Shown: positions 37,795 to 50,719 of the stretch, in pieces
How positions within the stretch are numbered: position 1 is the stretch's first letter
Layout: the number at the start of each line of letters is the position of its first letter
Notes under the pieces: model-generated
The model's database searches: none
Told to the model about the DNA's origin: nothing
Seen by the model: only the letters and a program-made list of their open reading frames with translations
Made by a program: the position numbers and the translations under genes
Assembly (NCBI GenBank): GCA_905178155.1
Contig: CAJINV010000001.1
Span: 8,463,599-8,527,598, forward strand
Direction of reading: 5' to 3'
DNA: 64,000 nt
Source: Amoebophrya sp. A120
Taxonomy: Eukaryota; Protista; Dinoflagellata

Positions 37795-39264
37795 TGACAG
37801 GGGTCGACGTCGCATCAACATCTCTTTATACATAAATGTGTTTTGCTTTGAAAATAGAGTCAATAGGTACAACCGTTGTACGTGGTGAACAGAAATTTCA
37901 AAGTTCTTCGTCACACGAAAAACAAATACAATCGCAAAAGTTTATCGCTCATTTCTAAAAAAACAATCCAAAAAACCTCCTTGTAATTTGCATACCAATA
38001 GATCGCGATGATGCACGGTGCAAGAACGGCACCGCAGCAATGAGTATCGATTTTATAGTATGGTAAGTCACAGTATTGTTCAAGAGTACAGGGCACGAAA
38101 ATATTGGAATTTTCCAGTTGATTTTTGATTGGCAAAAGAGCGTGATGCGATTCGGTCACCCTTCTACCGGGGTGAGGTGCAGATCGTTTTTTCACCGAAG
38201 ATCTAGGGCCTTTGCCGGACGCACAGTGTTGTCCAGTTTTCTGTTTGCTCTTTAGTAAATAAAGTATGCGCAAGCCAAGCTATATCTCGCAGACACGCGT
38301 CTGACGTGCTAGGCGTCGAAAGCATTTCTTTTGGCTGCATCCTCGTCAACTCGAAATGCTTGACTCGGCTACTTTTCGTTTCGAGGACGTAAGTAGTAGA
38401 GGATTTGCAGTTTACGATTTTTTTTTGGGCTCACTACTTCTCTTTTTTTCGCTCTTTGTGGACAGATTTTCTGTACTATTGGAACCAGGACATCTTGGAT
38501 TTTGCTATTTCCACGCGAGTGCAGAATCAAAAAGGAGAAAGAACATGTACACTACGGAGTGCTGAAATTATTTTGATCCCTCAGGGCACTGGAACCACGC
38601 ACAAGAGCGTGTTAGGTTTTGAGGCTCGTGGTTGGCACGGGCAGTGTCATTTGTTCGAGTTTTGAGGCAAAGAAATATTATTTGCATTGCCAGAAATCTT
38701 GATCGCAAAAGTCTTTCTTCAACACTGCCAACATCGGTGCCAAAATGCGGTTCTGAGTTTGGAAAAAAATACTCGTGTATCTCAGAATCCTGGTGATCAA
38801 TTATTTTTTGCCATTGGAGATCTGCAATCGAGATCGCCTGCGAAACAAATTTTCAGAGATCAATAGAATGCGCTAGATCACGTAGTTATACAAAGAGAAG
38901 AGAAGATCGATCCCCCTTCATTTTCATGCGATCTTTTTCCTGTCATTTTTTTCTACAGTCTCATGTGCTACCCCTGCTCTAGATAGACGTTTCTCCCCAC
39001 CACGGCGCTTTTTGTGCGTGCCAACATGCGCATCCTAGGTTTTCGACATGTTCCCCGCATGACGCAGCCCTGCTAGTCGTTATTGAGGGCTTGACAAAGC
39101 TGTTTTTTGATGATGAGCGCAAGTACCACAAGAATAATGAAACAAGCAACATTTTTTACAATACTGACAATGAGCCGCGACTACAAAGTGGCTCTGCCAA
39201 GATTTGGCTAACGCACCAAACATTCTTTGTTTTTTAGTTTTTCCCCAGTGATCCACTAGACCGC

Positions 39265-42200
39265 ATGAGCAAAGTTAGGAAAATAAGAGAAAGCACGACA
39301 CCGAGCAAGAAGAGCACGAGAAGAATACCCCGGGCGAGGCATGTGTATGAGCACAGTATAGTTTACGACGACAACAGCCGATCCTCTACTCGGAACAGCA
39401 GCACAAAGAGCGACAGCACTACAGTGTCGTCTAGAACAAGGCTACGATCGAATACAACACCCGATGGCGCGACCACGCGCTGCAAAAATATTAGCAAGAA
39501 AAAGAAAATAAAGAAGACGGTGGTGACCACCACGGACATATCGTTATCAGGTGGAAAAAACAACACAAAGAAGAAAAAAACCTCTTATCCCGCGAACAGC
39601 ATCATACCCGAAAATAACGACAGCGAGGAGCAGGAGTTACTGGATTCGGAAGATCTCGACCTGATCGAAAGATTCGAAAACCTTCCCCCGATGTCGGTGG
39701 AGGTCGACCACGCGTATCTGGAAGACTTCTTCAACGAAGATATTGCCGACGACGACGCCCCTGCTTTGGGCGACGACGGGTTCGACGTTCCCGGCGCTCC
39801 TGGCACAAAACCGGAGCAGGATGTTGAACAGGAGGACAGGCAAAACGCAGGGCAGTTGTTCGAGGAAAGGCAAGAAACGGACCACTACGGGGCTGCTGGT
39901 TCCGACGGCGACGAGCAGATGGTGGGTGAAGTAGATGAACAGGAGCTGGAACAAGTAGATCAAAATAATGATGCCGACGGGGGTGCACAGGAAGAAGAAA
40001 ACGAAGATGCGCGTGCAAGCAGTTTTGCTCCTGGTGAACATGATATGGAAGACCTATTCGAGATTGCGGATCAACCGTTGGACCATGACGAGGAAAATGC
40101 GCGAGAAGACGACTTCGCTTTCGCCGATCCAGAGGGTAGAATTGATGCTGGGGACGATAAAGACCTGTTCGGGAACGATTTGGACGATTTGGCTCCCCAA
40201 GACGCAGTTGCCACACCGTTGGACGAGGACGCTGGCCGCGAGGAAGAAGTTGGTCAAGAAAATATGGAAAAGTGCGACGACGTCGAGGTTGCTGGACGGC
40301 GCGATCTATCAAACGCCGAACAAAACTTTTTTGAAGAGGAACAGCCGGTAGAGGAAAAGAAGCCTAACAAGAGCAATTACGACGGTGAGAAGATCGCGAT
40401 TGTGAACAAGAGCAACGAGGAAGGTCTTGTGGCTGACGCAGCAGCTACTGCTTCTATGGACGATGTTGAAAATAATTGCGAGGTGTCACAACGACCGGAG
40501 AACCAGCAAGTTGCAGCTGTTCATCCGGAAGTTGAGGACGATGAATTGGATGAGTTGTTCAGGGACGATGACACAAAGGACCTGCCGCTGGTGGATCTCG
40601 ACGACCCGCTGCTAGCGATGGATCTTCACGACTCTGAGGAAAAAGAGCCGCAGTTTTCATCGGTCGACGTTCAACAGCAGTACAACCTGGGCCTCGACTC
40701 CCTTGAGGGCGATCACCGGGGCTCGCCGGAGCTCACGTCACAGAGCAGTAGTGCAGGACCGAAGAAAAACGTAGACCCGAGCAGTTCAATATTCCAGAAA
40801 AACGAGCAGATCGGCGGCTCCTCCTCCTCCCGCGCTCGAAACACGAATGCTGGCGCAGCTTCATCGTCTCCTTCTGCTGCCAACAGCAACAAGCGGAAGT
40901 CGAGTCGGAAACAGAACCCGGTTATTGCAGCAGAGTCGGAGAAGAGTAAGAAACAGAAGGTGGAACAAACAAGCCAGGGCGGCGGGAAAGGTGACTGGAC
41001 GCTCCATCACGTAGTTGACGACGACAACAGTTCGGGCATCTTTGGGGGCGAAAATCGAGAACAATCCCCAAACGAGGACCCAGATGAAGGCGCGGAGGTG
41101 GACGACCCGCTTTCCTTTCTGGAGGAACAGCAAAACAAGCCGAAGAACGCGAAGGTCAAGCCAAAGACCGCGAATAAGGCGGCGAATCCGAAGCGGAAGC
41201 CGGCGAAAAAACCCAAGAAGGACATCACGGGCGGGAATTATAATGGCAGCCAGAGTGGTGCCCTCGTGCTCGTCGCAAATGACAACCAAGACGACGGAGT
41301 GGAGCACGAAAACAACCAACTCGCGGTCCTTTCACAGGAGAACATGATGAAGCCTTGGGAGGGCGAAGTCGACGAGTCCCTGCCGCTGCAGGAACAGCGG
41401 TTGCTCCACCGGGAGCGTACGCAGGCTAAGTTTTCCCTCTACTCCAAAACAAGCAACATCGTCCCCAAGGCGAAATCCGGATTCGAGCTTTGGCTCGAAG
41501 AAGAGGGCTACCTGCACGACGACCCCGAAGCCGCCTGGAAAGCCTGCCCCGACCAGGCGCAGTACTTCGCCAGAGCGAAGGACGACGTGAACAGGTACAC
41601 TCGTCTCTTCATACGTTTCTTGAAAGCTCGTTGTTGATGGGATTTATTGTCCTCGCTTGGCTTCAAACTCAAGAGTGAATTTCCATTTTTTTTCACTTTC
41701 CGACTTTTGCCACGGAAATCAATTGCAGGACCACGATGACGTGTACAACATCTGTCAGAAATGAAACCAAAAAACAGGTATGAGGAAGAACTGAACGAAG
41801 TCCACGGAGTGCGCAAGGACGCGATGTTCTCTTTGATTATGCTTGCTGGAAAGCGTTCCAAGAATAAGGGCGCGCCCGCGAGCAAAGCCCAGGAACAATT
41901 GGTTGTCCAGGAACCCGACGAATTCGCAAATCTCTTCGGCAACACCGGGGCGGAGGCAGGAAGGTATAGAAAAGTGTCAACATCTTCCAGTGCAGCTGAT
42001 GCAAACGCAGCATTAACTTTTTGTCCAAACCACGGCCGATGAGGAGCTTTCAAGTAATATCTGTAGATCTTTACAACTTCACAACTTCACAACTTTCAGA
42101 TCCAGTTTCTCTTTTCATCCGAGCGTTTTACTTTTACAACTTTCTTCTAACAAACCCACAGCTCCGGAAATGTGGAGAATAACAACGAGGAAGAAGAAAA

Positions 42201-43023
42201 TGCGCTGGCCATGTTCGGGGAGGACCCGCAACCGGCGGACAACAACGACGTGTCCGGCAACAACGGACCGGTCGCGCAAGTCCGTCTCGACGAGAACGGC
42301 GAGATCGTGATTGAGGACAATTTGAACATGGAAAACGGACAGATCGTCGACGCCAAGGACAACAACATGCAGCTCCCCGAGCACTCCCTCCTGGCCAACA
42401 TGGCGAACCTGGGCAGCAACCACAAGCGGAGGAAGGCGGCGCAGAAGTGGACCGTCGAGGACACGAAGAAATTTTACGAGGCGGTGTCCGCGTTTGGCTA
42501 CGACCTGGTGCTGATCGGCTCCGTGTTCCCGCAGAAAACTGCTGCGCAAGTGAAGGCAAAGTACACGCAGGAGATGAAGAAGAACCCGGATCTGATGGAC
42601 GGGGCCTTCATGGAAAAGAAGGACTGCAAGAAGTTCTTCGAGAAGGAGAAGTGGAAGATCGACGAGTCCAAGCACTGGCGGCCGCCGCTCGCGAACGGCA
42701 GTCCGGAGGAGGAGATGAAGGCGCTGGAAAACGGGGCGGCGGACGACTTTACCAGCGGCGACTTCTTCCAGGACATGGGGTTGGAAAACACCAGCGGCCT
42801 CTTCGGCGGCTCGCCCTTCATCAACCCGGCCTCCAGCTCGCGGTTCGGGCCGCCCACTGCGCAGGGCGGGCCGAAGAAGCGCTTCGCGCCGCCCGGCCAA
42901 CAGGTGGGGTTGCCGGTGTCAACCTCGGCCGCGCGACCAGCGGTTGCTCCGCCACCCGCTCCGAAACCGGACACCGACGCCGACTTGTTCGATGCGCTAT
43001 TTTACGATGGGGCAACAGGATGA
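39265..43023 (+). CDS. Acidic nuclear protein with HMG-box-like segment and Bdp1 (TFIIIB B'')-type SANT/Myb domain; 3 exons
   Basis: KWTVEDTKKFYEAVSAFGYDLVLIGSVFPQKTAAQVKAKYTQEMKKNP matches the Bdp1 SANT pattern; PKAKSGFELW..AWK..YFARAKDDVNRYEEEL is HMG-like. GT-AG introns at ~41596-41778 and ~41964-42161. Confidence 0.75.
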
Positions 43024-45353
43024 CGGAGGACGGACGGTGCGAGTTTGGTGTGATCACGTTGATGAAATGACTTTGAGTATAGCGACAATGAGTAATGAGT
43101 GATATTTGCTCGATGGTACAATAAGGATTCGCTTTCTGGTAGCAAGCGCGCAGAGATTAACTTGCCACTACGTACTGGCGGAAACAGCAGAGACGAGCAC
43201 GGATCTAGGTTAGCGTTGTGACCAAGAAGGAAAAGCAGCTTTTTCCATCGTAAATGGAGCAAGATTGTATAGCAAGTGTTCGCCACTTTTACTGATGACT
43301 CCAGACCTGCACCTGCCGCCGCTCAAGATTTCGTCAGAGCAAGTGCGCTGGTTTTGGCTGCGTGATTTCCTTCGAGTTCGTTTCAGATCGCTGCACTGCA
43401 AGAGGGGCGCGCCCTTCCGTGCGGGCCGCGAGTTGTCGGGGTCTCTAGCGGAAGGGTCGCGATCTCCGGCCTCCATCGGAGAAGGCGCGGGCCCGAGGTG
43501 TAGCGCCCCGGCAGCGGCGCGCGCATTTCGGGGCTGGGGCGGAGCTATGCCGCGGCGGGCGGCGTAGCTGGCGCGGAAGGCCGAGGGCGCGGGAGCCGCT
43601 GCCACTTTGCTGGGGCGCCTATTCGCGACAGGGCGGGCCCGGCGCGCCAGAACTTTGCAGAAGCGGCCCCGGCGCTGCTCCGAGGGGTGGCCACGCTCCA
43701 CACGGATCTGCTGCGCGAGACAGGTAGAAACGGACCTACTGCGCGAGTTGAGCCCAGCGGCGTGGGCACCAGGCTGCCGGTGTGCCCGGTCGTGGGCATC
43801 GCGTTGGGCGATGCTGAGGCCATGGGCCGGCCCCTTTCGGTGTTGGAAGTGCGTTTGAGGGAGAGCGTTTTTGTTGGCCTGTGCCGCGATGTGGGGCTGC
43901 CGGCGGACGTAGGGGCGCCGCGACTGGGAAGGCCGCAGCAACTACTGGCCAGGATCGACGAAGAACGAGATGGGCGCGCTGTAGTTGTGTGGGATTCGGA
44001 TGTCGGTGCGTGCTGCTCTGGAGGAAAACCCCCGCAAGCGCGAACCTCCGCCGAAGCGGCGCCGTTCCTACTGCGGACCACTGGCCTGGCCAACACGCTC
44101 AACCGCCTCGCCTTGGGGCATTCGAAGGGGCCCCGGGGCAAGCTTTCTAAGGTCTGCGCCCGCCTCTGCGGGCAGGGCGGCCGGCGCGTTATTACCCCGA
44201 CCCCCTGGCCCGGGCGTGCGCCCGCCGGCAAGGCCCAGGCCCCGGCAGAGCTTGGCGCCGCGCGTGCGCGCCCATGAAAGAGTCGCCGGAGAGCGTACTT
44301 GCCAAGACCCTGACCGAAGCCGCAGCCGAAGCAATCGCGGACGGCGCCAATAACAAGACGCGCCGAAGCAGAGCGGTTCCGGTGCAGGATCTACCCAATT
44401 ACTGGGCGAGGTGCCGGGCCATTCCGGTGGCGGTGCCGAGATCTGGAACGGGGGAGGCCCCCCCCTTTGAGAGGACCGGCGCCGCCGCCGGGGAATCTGT
44501 ATGCTTGCTGCTTGCATTTCATGCAGCGCAGCTTTTTTCTAGATTCGGCGGGCCGGCCCGGGGGCTTGCCAGCTGGCCCAGGCGCCCATCCCCCATCGCC
44601 CGCCGGCGCACTCCAAAGCACTGTCGCGCTTCTACCCTTAGCGCAGTGCGTGCCCCTGGCGCTTCTTAGCGTTGCCCTTCATATAGAAAGCGGCGCGGTG
44701 GCGGGGCATGCTGCGAGCCGTGATGGAAGACGGACGAAGGCCAGTTGCGTGTGAGTGCGCCTGCGCATGTCGGAGTTTGTTGCAAAAGGGCCGGCGCGCA
44801 GTCTCCGCCGCCGATTCTAGTCATTCTAAAAATTTCGCCCGTCGCACTTCTGCGACCCACAAAAGTGCTGACTCGCCTGTGTTCCAAGAAGCTACATGTT
44901 AGTCCACAAGGACGTCGCGCAATCGTGTAGTAAGTTCTGAGCCGCTGGAAGTATAGTGAAAATCTGCTACAGCAAAAACATTTGAGGAAAATTCACTTGG
45001 TGACGAATTTCTGTTTTCAGTTCTACTCTCAAAGGACAAAATGTAAATGAAATCGCCAAGAATGGAGCACGGCGCCACGATGGATGCGCGCTTTCTTAAA
45101 TGTCAATGTTGATCCTCATGACACTAAGATCGAGATCATCATGCCGAAACTGAGCGCATCTTCGCCTCAATTTCTCTAGATCACTCGGACACGACTGAAC
45201 TTAAGCATAAAACTCACAGGACCTCTGGCATTCACCATGAGTAGTGTTCTTTTTTTCAACTGTTTAGAAGACCCCACGGTGTAGTGCTCAAAGTCAATAA
45301 CACGTTCAAATACACGACTTTCTACGCAACTTCCAAAACAACCAGAAATCAAT

Positions 45354-45725
45354 ATGGCGGGTACGGACGCTCGCATGATATTTGTGGGCGGGCTCCATGA
45401 GGAGGTGACCGAGGAGTCCCTACGACAGGCATTTCTGCCCTTCGGCGAGATCAAGGAGTGCAAGATACCAAAACGAGAAGGGAAGACCCGGGGCTTCGGC
45501 TTTGTAGAGTACGAGGATGAGGAGGATGCGAAAGCGGCCATCGACAACATGGACCAATCAGAGTTCTTCGGGAAAACACTGGTCGTGAACACGTCGAAGT
45601 CCCAAGCGCTCGGACAGACGGCGCAGCGCATGACAAAGCCGGTATGGGCGGACGACATCCTGCACGGGCAAATGCTGCAGCGGGGCTTGGGACTGCAGAA
45701 GGGGAAATTGCGGTGTCTCGCATAG
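45354..45725 (+). CDS. Single-RRM protein resembling the cyclophilin-33/PPIE RRM (3' end may be spliced)
   Basis: RNP2 IFVGGL, RNP1 RGFGFVEY, AAIDNMDQSEFFGK and KPVWADD. Confidence 0.88.
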   Translation: MAGTDARMIFVGGLHEEVTEESLRQAFLPFGEIKECKIPKREGKTRGFGFVEYEDEEDAKAAIDNMDQSEFFGKTLVVNTSKSQALGQTAQRMTKPVWADDILHGQMLQRGLGLQKGKLRCLA

Positions 45726-46604
45726 TTCTTACTAGGCGGCGTTTACGCCATATGCGAGCAAACGAAAAGAGACGAACTAGTGCCCGCGTGAAGATTTTAA
45801 TCCGCACCCCCAAGGACGACCCGAGAAAACCTGCAACCTCCCCGGTTTGGCGTTCCAATTTTATCGCAATGATGACGCAAATTTAAACTCAAAAGCAATG
45901 CGACCTCCGGATTTCCGGATGGTGTAGATCATTGTATACTGCTGATGCTTTGTTGTTCGATGCAGCAAGAGAAGCTAGGTGTTTCGTCATTTTGAAGATC
46001 GGTGACCGCCCAAGAAGCATTCGGTTCGATGAAAAACAATTGCTCGTCGGATTCTGTTGTAAGTTGCGGTTAGATTCGGTTGAAATAAGTTTGTCGCCTC
46101 GGTTTTGTCCCCAAGCGGTTTCCGCAGAAGTCTCTTTTGTTTCGTCGGTACTGAAGCTGACGGAAAAATAACCTGTATCGGAATGTAAACGAAAACGAAA
46201 ACAAAGGTTCATCGGATGGTAAATTATTCACACGACGCTCCTTGGAATTGAAGCCGTCAGAAAAGTTGTTCGGTAGAAGTGGAAGGAATTTCATTGATGC
46301 TGGTCACTGTTTCTTTGTAAAAGTAAAAGTGGAGACTTGTGATAAATTTTCAGGTCGTCAACATTCAATATTTGTCCCTGCGCACTCTAATATAAAACAG
46401 TAGTGTTGATAATCGGAAAACCATAAATCATGTTCGACGGATCCTAACCCCATATTTGTATTTTAGGATGAATAAGGCGACTTGGATTTCGAACAGAAGT
46501 GTTTTGGTATTTCGCAGCGTTATAATGTATCGACACCGAGTCGATAATTTGAATTCTTAGTGCCAGAGACATCGGAATACTTTTCTTCTACGCCCTAAGT
46601 GATA

Positions 46605-48571
46605 ATGAGTTCCGCGTTTCCGGCGTCCTTCTCCGGGAACGGCGGGCAACGGTCCTCGGGTAGCGCCGTAAGTCCGCCGCGACCCACCACTCATTTTGAC
46701 ATTGCGGCTCCGACACCCTCCAGACCCCGTCGGTTAAGCGAACTGCAGGACCAGCTAGAGGAGCAGCGCTTGGCGCTGGAAAGAGTCAAGCGGGCCAGTG
46801 GTGCCTTTCTCGTGGAGAGAGCGTCCGCTCCGAGACCCGCTGCACGGGCATCTACTACATCGGAAAACATCAAAGCCGATGCTGAGTTCGTCTCGGCTGC
46901 CTTTGGCGATTCGTACAGGAAAGAGCCAGAGGAAAGGATTGATGGCCAGCACTTCCGTGTACACGAGAGCGCCGCGCGCACCACGGGGGCACAATCTGCT
47001 TCCCTGGCGAGGAACACCGGCGCGCCGGAACAGGTGAAAAAAGCGCGGCAAGCCGTGGACTTCAATCTTCCTCGGGGAAGTTTGAAGTCCACGGGTTCCC
47101 CCACAACCCACCGTGCCTTCCCGACATGGATGGAGCGCGAATCGGAGGAGGAAGGGGAGGACGACGACTGCTGTACCAGGTTCCGGAAAAAGTTGAGCCG
47201 ATTCGTGAAGCACCCCATGTTTGAGACGGTCATTCTGTTGCTCATCCTCGTCTATCCTGTGCAAAAGTATCGTACTCGTATAAATGCGAGTCTTGCATTA
47301 CAAATCTTTTTCTTATCGTAAATCCGCACTACAAACTTTATAGTATCATGCTGAGGAAATTTGTAATGCATTTATACGAGTGCGATGCTTTTGCATTTGA
47401 TATCGTCGACCTCTTTGTCGTGCTCTCTTCCGAACAATCCAGCCACGAATTCCAGTTCAAAAGCCACCACGGCTACGGGAAGCAGACCCTCATCGTGGGG
47501 TACGACGAAGCGAACGATGTTTTGTTCATGGAGCCACCGACTTACCACCCACCTGCTGGAGGTACATCAGGAGGCCACAGCAGTTTCTCGTTTTTGGAAA
47601 CTGAGGAAAGAACAGGGGTTCTTGCAGCGACTTCGATTTTGGTTCAGGATGGAGGAATTGCAGGATCTTCCGGGGGGCATGGTGTTCCGTTTCGTGTTCA
47701 GGCGGATGTGGAAAAACGCGCTGGAAGCGAAACTTCTGCCTCCACCGATGAGGCGATGACTGTCGAGGAAAAAATGGGTCTGGTCGTCGAAGATTTGTCC
47801 AGGGAACAAGGAAATTTGCCGGACAGTGGGGGCGCGCGGCGTCGGCGGCGAACTGAGGCCGGCGGAGATGATGATGACACTGCGCACCGGCACCAGAGCA
47901 GCGGATTTTTGGAAGTTAACAAGGTTGGGGAGAAGAAAACGGGCCGCACGACTACAAAACTGGGAAGAACAGCAACAGGAACGACAAAACACCAAGTTTC
48001 CAGCGGTCACCACGAGAAGCCATCGAAGGCGTTTATTAGTCGCGCGTGGAAATTGAACTTCATCACGGTGGTCATTTCCAAAATCCTGCTTTGCATCTTC
48101 ATGTTGGAGATCACACTGCACATCGTCGCGCACGGCTTCAAAGGCCACTTTCTGGAGGGCCACGGGCACTGGTTCACGTTGGTTGGCCACTGGATTGACG
48201 CCATCGTCGTGCCGACAAGTTTTGTAATCGAATTCTTCTTCGAGGAGTCCATGCACGCCGCAGATCTGCTCATCGTCCTCCGGCTGTGGCGGTTCGTGCG
48301 GATTCTGGTCGGGTTTTACCAGTCTATCGCCGTGGTGGTGGACGAACAAGCGCGCTGTGAGAAGATGATCGAGATCACATCGCAGGTGAATCACTTTCTG
48401 TCCCAAAAGGGGTTGCATGACGAGTTCGAAACATACCTCGAAGAGCACGACGAGCATCAACACGGAGAAGAGGGGGACGCGAACGCCGGCAGTGCGAAAG
48501 AAAGCGCCTTGTCTGTCTTTCGCTCCTTGCAGAAAGGGTCTTTTCGCAGTGGGAAAGCGGACGCGGAGTAG
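46605..48571 (+). CDS. HVCN1: Voltage-gated proton channel Hv1; 2 exons split by an introner
   Basis: S4 RxWRxxR signature (LRLWRFVRIL); S1 Asp in ILLLILVDLFVV after introner removal; S2 F..E and S3 D; no pore domain. Confidence 0.88.
47253..47402. mobile_element. Introner family H (TSD tcgtc)
   Basis: 35-bp TIR tatcctgtgcaaaagtatcgtactcgtataaatgc / gcatttatacgagtgcgatgcttttgcatttgata. Confidence 0.95.
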
Positions 48572-49451
48572 TTCTTGATGGGGAGTATTTATTGTTTTTT
48601 TATTCCATTGGTGTTGTCATATATGAAACCTTGTTTTTTCGTAGCGTTTAAGTAACATGTAAGATCGCATCTCAAGTACCATTTTTATTTTAACATTGAC
48701 CTCATTTAACATTGACACGACAGTCACAGTAATTGATAGAGTAAATCGCAAACTCAAGAAAAGACTACGCAGAAAGATTCTTTCGTGATCCTACAGATTC
48801 GGGATCAGCAGTAAAGTTCATTCATTACAAACCAAGACGAATTCTATGGTTGATGATGAAAGGAGACGCACTGCGACGGATGAAAAACAACAAGGCGGCT
48901 GCAGTGCCCCGCCCATAAGACCAGCCGCAGCAGGGAGCAGTTTTAGTGTACGTTTGCTGCTATCGGTGCTGCACTTTTTGTCTCGAAAGTTTACCAAAAA
49001 CATCGAACATTGGTCGGTTGTACCGGAGCAGCTCCCTGTTTCACCGCATCTCGCAAAGGCAGGAGCTTTTATTCTCGGTGTCACGAAAGAACGTCCCGTA
49101 ATAAAGTCCTCCGTCATGTCGGTTTGATCTCTGACTCTCGTGAAATTTAATTGGTCGCAATACCAGCAGCAGGCTTTCCTGCAGTTCATCGGAGAACAAG
49201 TCTTTTCTTATTCCAACTATGCGAATTTCTCTTCTGCATTGCAGGTAAGTGGGACAGGAGTCCTCGTTGCATGGGGAACACTAGTTCTCTGTATTGACGA
49301 AGCACTTGGGAGGACACGCTTATACTATAGAAAAAAAATTGCAACTCCTTCAGGTCGTGTAAGTACTTTTCTCTTGCGTACTAACTTGCTGCAATTTGAT
49401 ATTTCCAGCACTACATCAGTAGTATCCCCAGCAATTTTCCGCAGCCACAAA

Positions 49452-50719
49452 ATGAGTGCAAAAATCGATTGCCAAGAACGGAGTCCGATTCAAGAGAATG
49501 AAATCGTTCCCGGGCTACCGCCCGAAAGCGCCCGCGGAAGCAGTAGTCGGTCCAGGAACAAGAGCCCGCTTAGCAGTAAAGCCACGTCCCGAAAAGGCTC
49601 GAAGAAGCGGGCGCGGTCGGTGTCTCCGCAATCCCCGACGGCGGTGGAGAACGTCGGTGTGAGCCCCTCTGTGCGGGACTGGAACGACGTACCGGGGGCG
49701 ATGATTGTTCCGATGGATCACGCCGGGGATCATATAGATGGTGGAAATTTGGATCCTACAAATGCAGAAACCAAAGAAAAATCAAAATCCTTCTGCATAG
49801 CCTTTCACCCGGCCGTGAAGAGCAAAGTTTCCGACGCCAAGAAAATCGTGCTCGTTTGCTGCCCGGGGAATGGGCTCGGGCCTGGCCCACTGGGGAGCTT
49901 CGGCCCGGACAAACTGTTCCTCAAGCTCGCGCAAGAGATGACGACCGCGTGCCGTACCTGCCGGAAGCACCGGCACTGCGAGATTTCGGTCGTCAACGTC
50001 GTGTACCACCGGCGGGCGCAGGTGGAGCCGGCCGTCGAGGACGTCGTCGTCGCGGTCCAGTGGGTCGCGCGTCAGTTTCCGCCCGACACCATGGTCGTTT
50101 TGCTAGGTTGGTCCATGGGCGGCGCGGTCGTGATTGAAGCGGGGTATCGGGTGACGCAGACTTTGAAGGTCGTTCCACCCGAAAATTGTAGCATCATCAC
50201 GCTGGGCGGGCAGTCGGCCAAGGCGGGGAAGATTGTCGCTTTGCACGAAAAGACGCCACTGCTCATCCTTCAAGGGGGCGCCGACCGGTGTATCCGCCCG
50301 CAGTGTGGCATATCAAAAGTCAAAATGTCTGAGTCTGGAAACTTGTGATGCTGGGTGGCGTCTCATGATGACGCTACAAATGCTGTCTCAGCATGACAAG
50401 TTTCTGAGCTCCTAGGTGTTGCCTATTCTGCATGACAAACTGCGCTTCTGCGTCACAGAAAAACGGAGCTCTTGGGTAACGTGCGTGACAGATTTAAGAG
50501 TCATGTCAGACAAGCATGACAGTCATGAATTCTTCCAGACCCAGACATTTTTACAGTTGATATGGCAGGGGCTTGTACAAAAGGAGCCTGGACGCGGGAA
50601 AAACCAATGTTTTCTACGAAGAGTTTCCGGAAGACAGTCACGACACCGAGACGGCTTACCAGTTTTTGATCAAGCAACAAAAACTGCTGGAGTTGCTGGG
50701 CGCAAAAAAGGAAAAGTAA
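49452..50719 (+). CDS. Alpha/beta-hydrolase; 2 exons split by an introner
   Basis: GWSMGG nucleophile and QGGAD acid; the candidate catalytic His (EDSHD) is in frame only after removing 50311-50567. Confidence 0.88.
50311..50562. mobile_element. Introner family A (TSD tggca)
   Basis: Imperfect family-A TIRs; tggca at 50306-50310 and 50563-50567. Confidence 0.93.

Noticed and set aside
34260-47402. TIR mismatches being selectively G-U compatible on the transcribed strand
   Set aside because: This holds for several positions (47253 and 34260 elements), but counter-examples exist (36896, 35324) and there are too few sites to judge.
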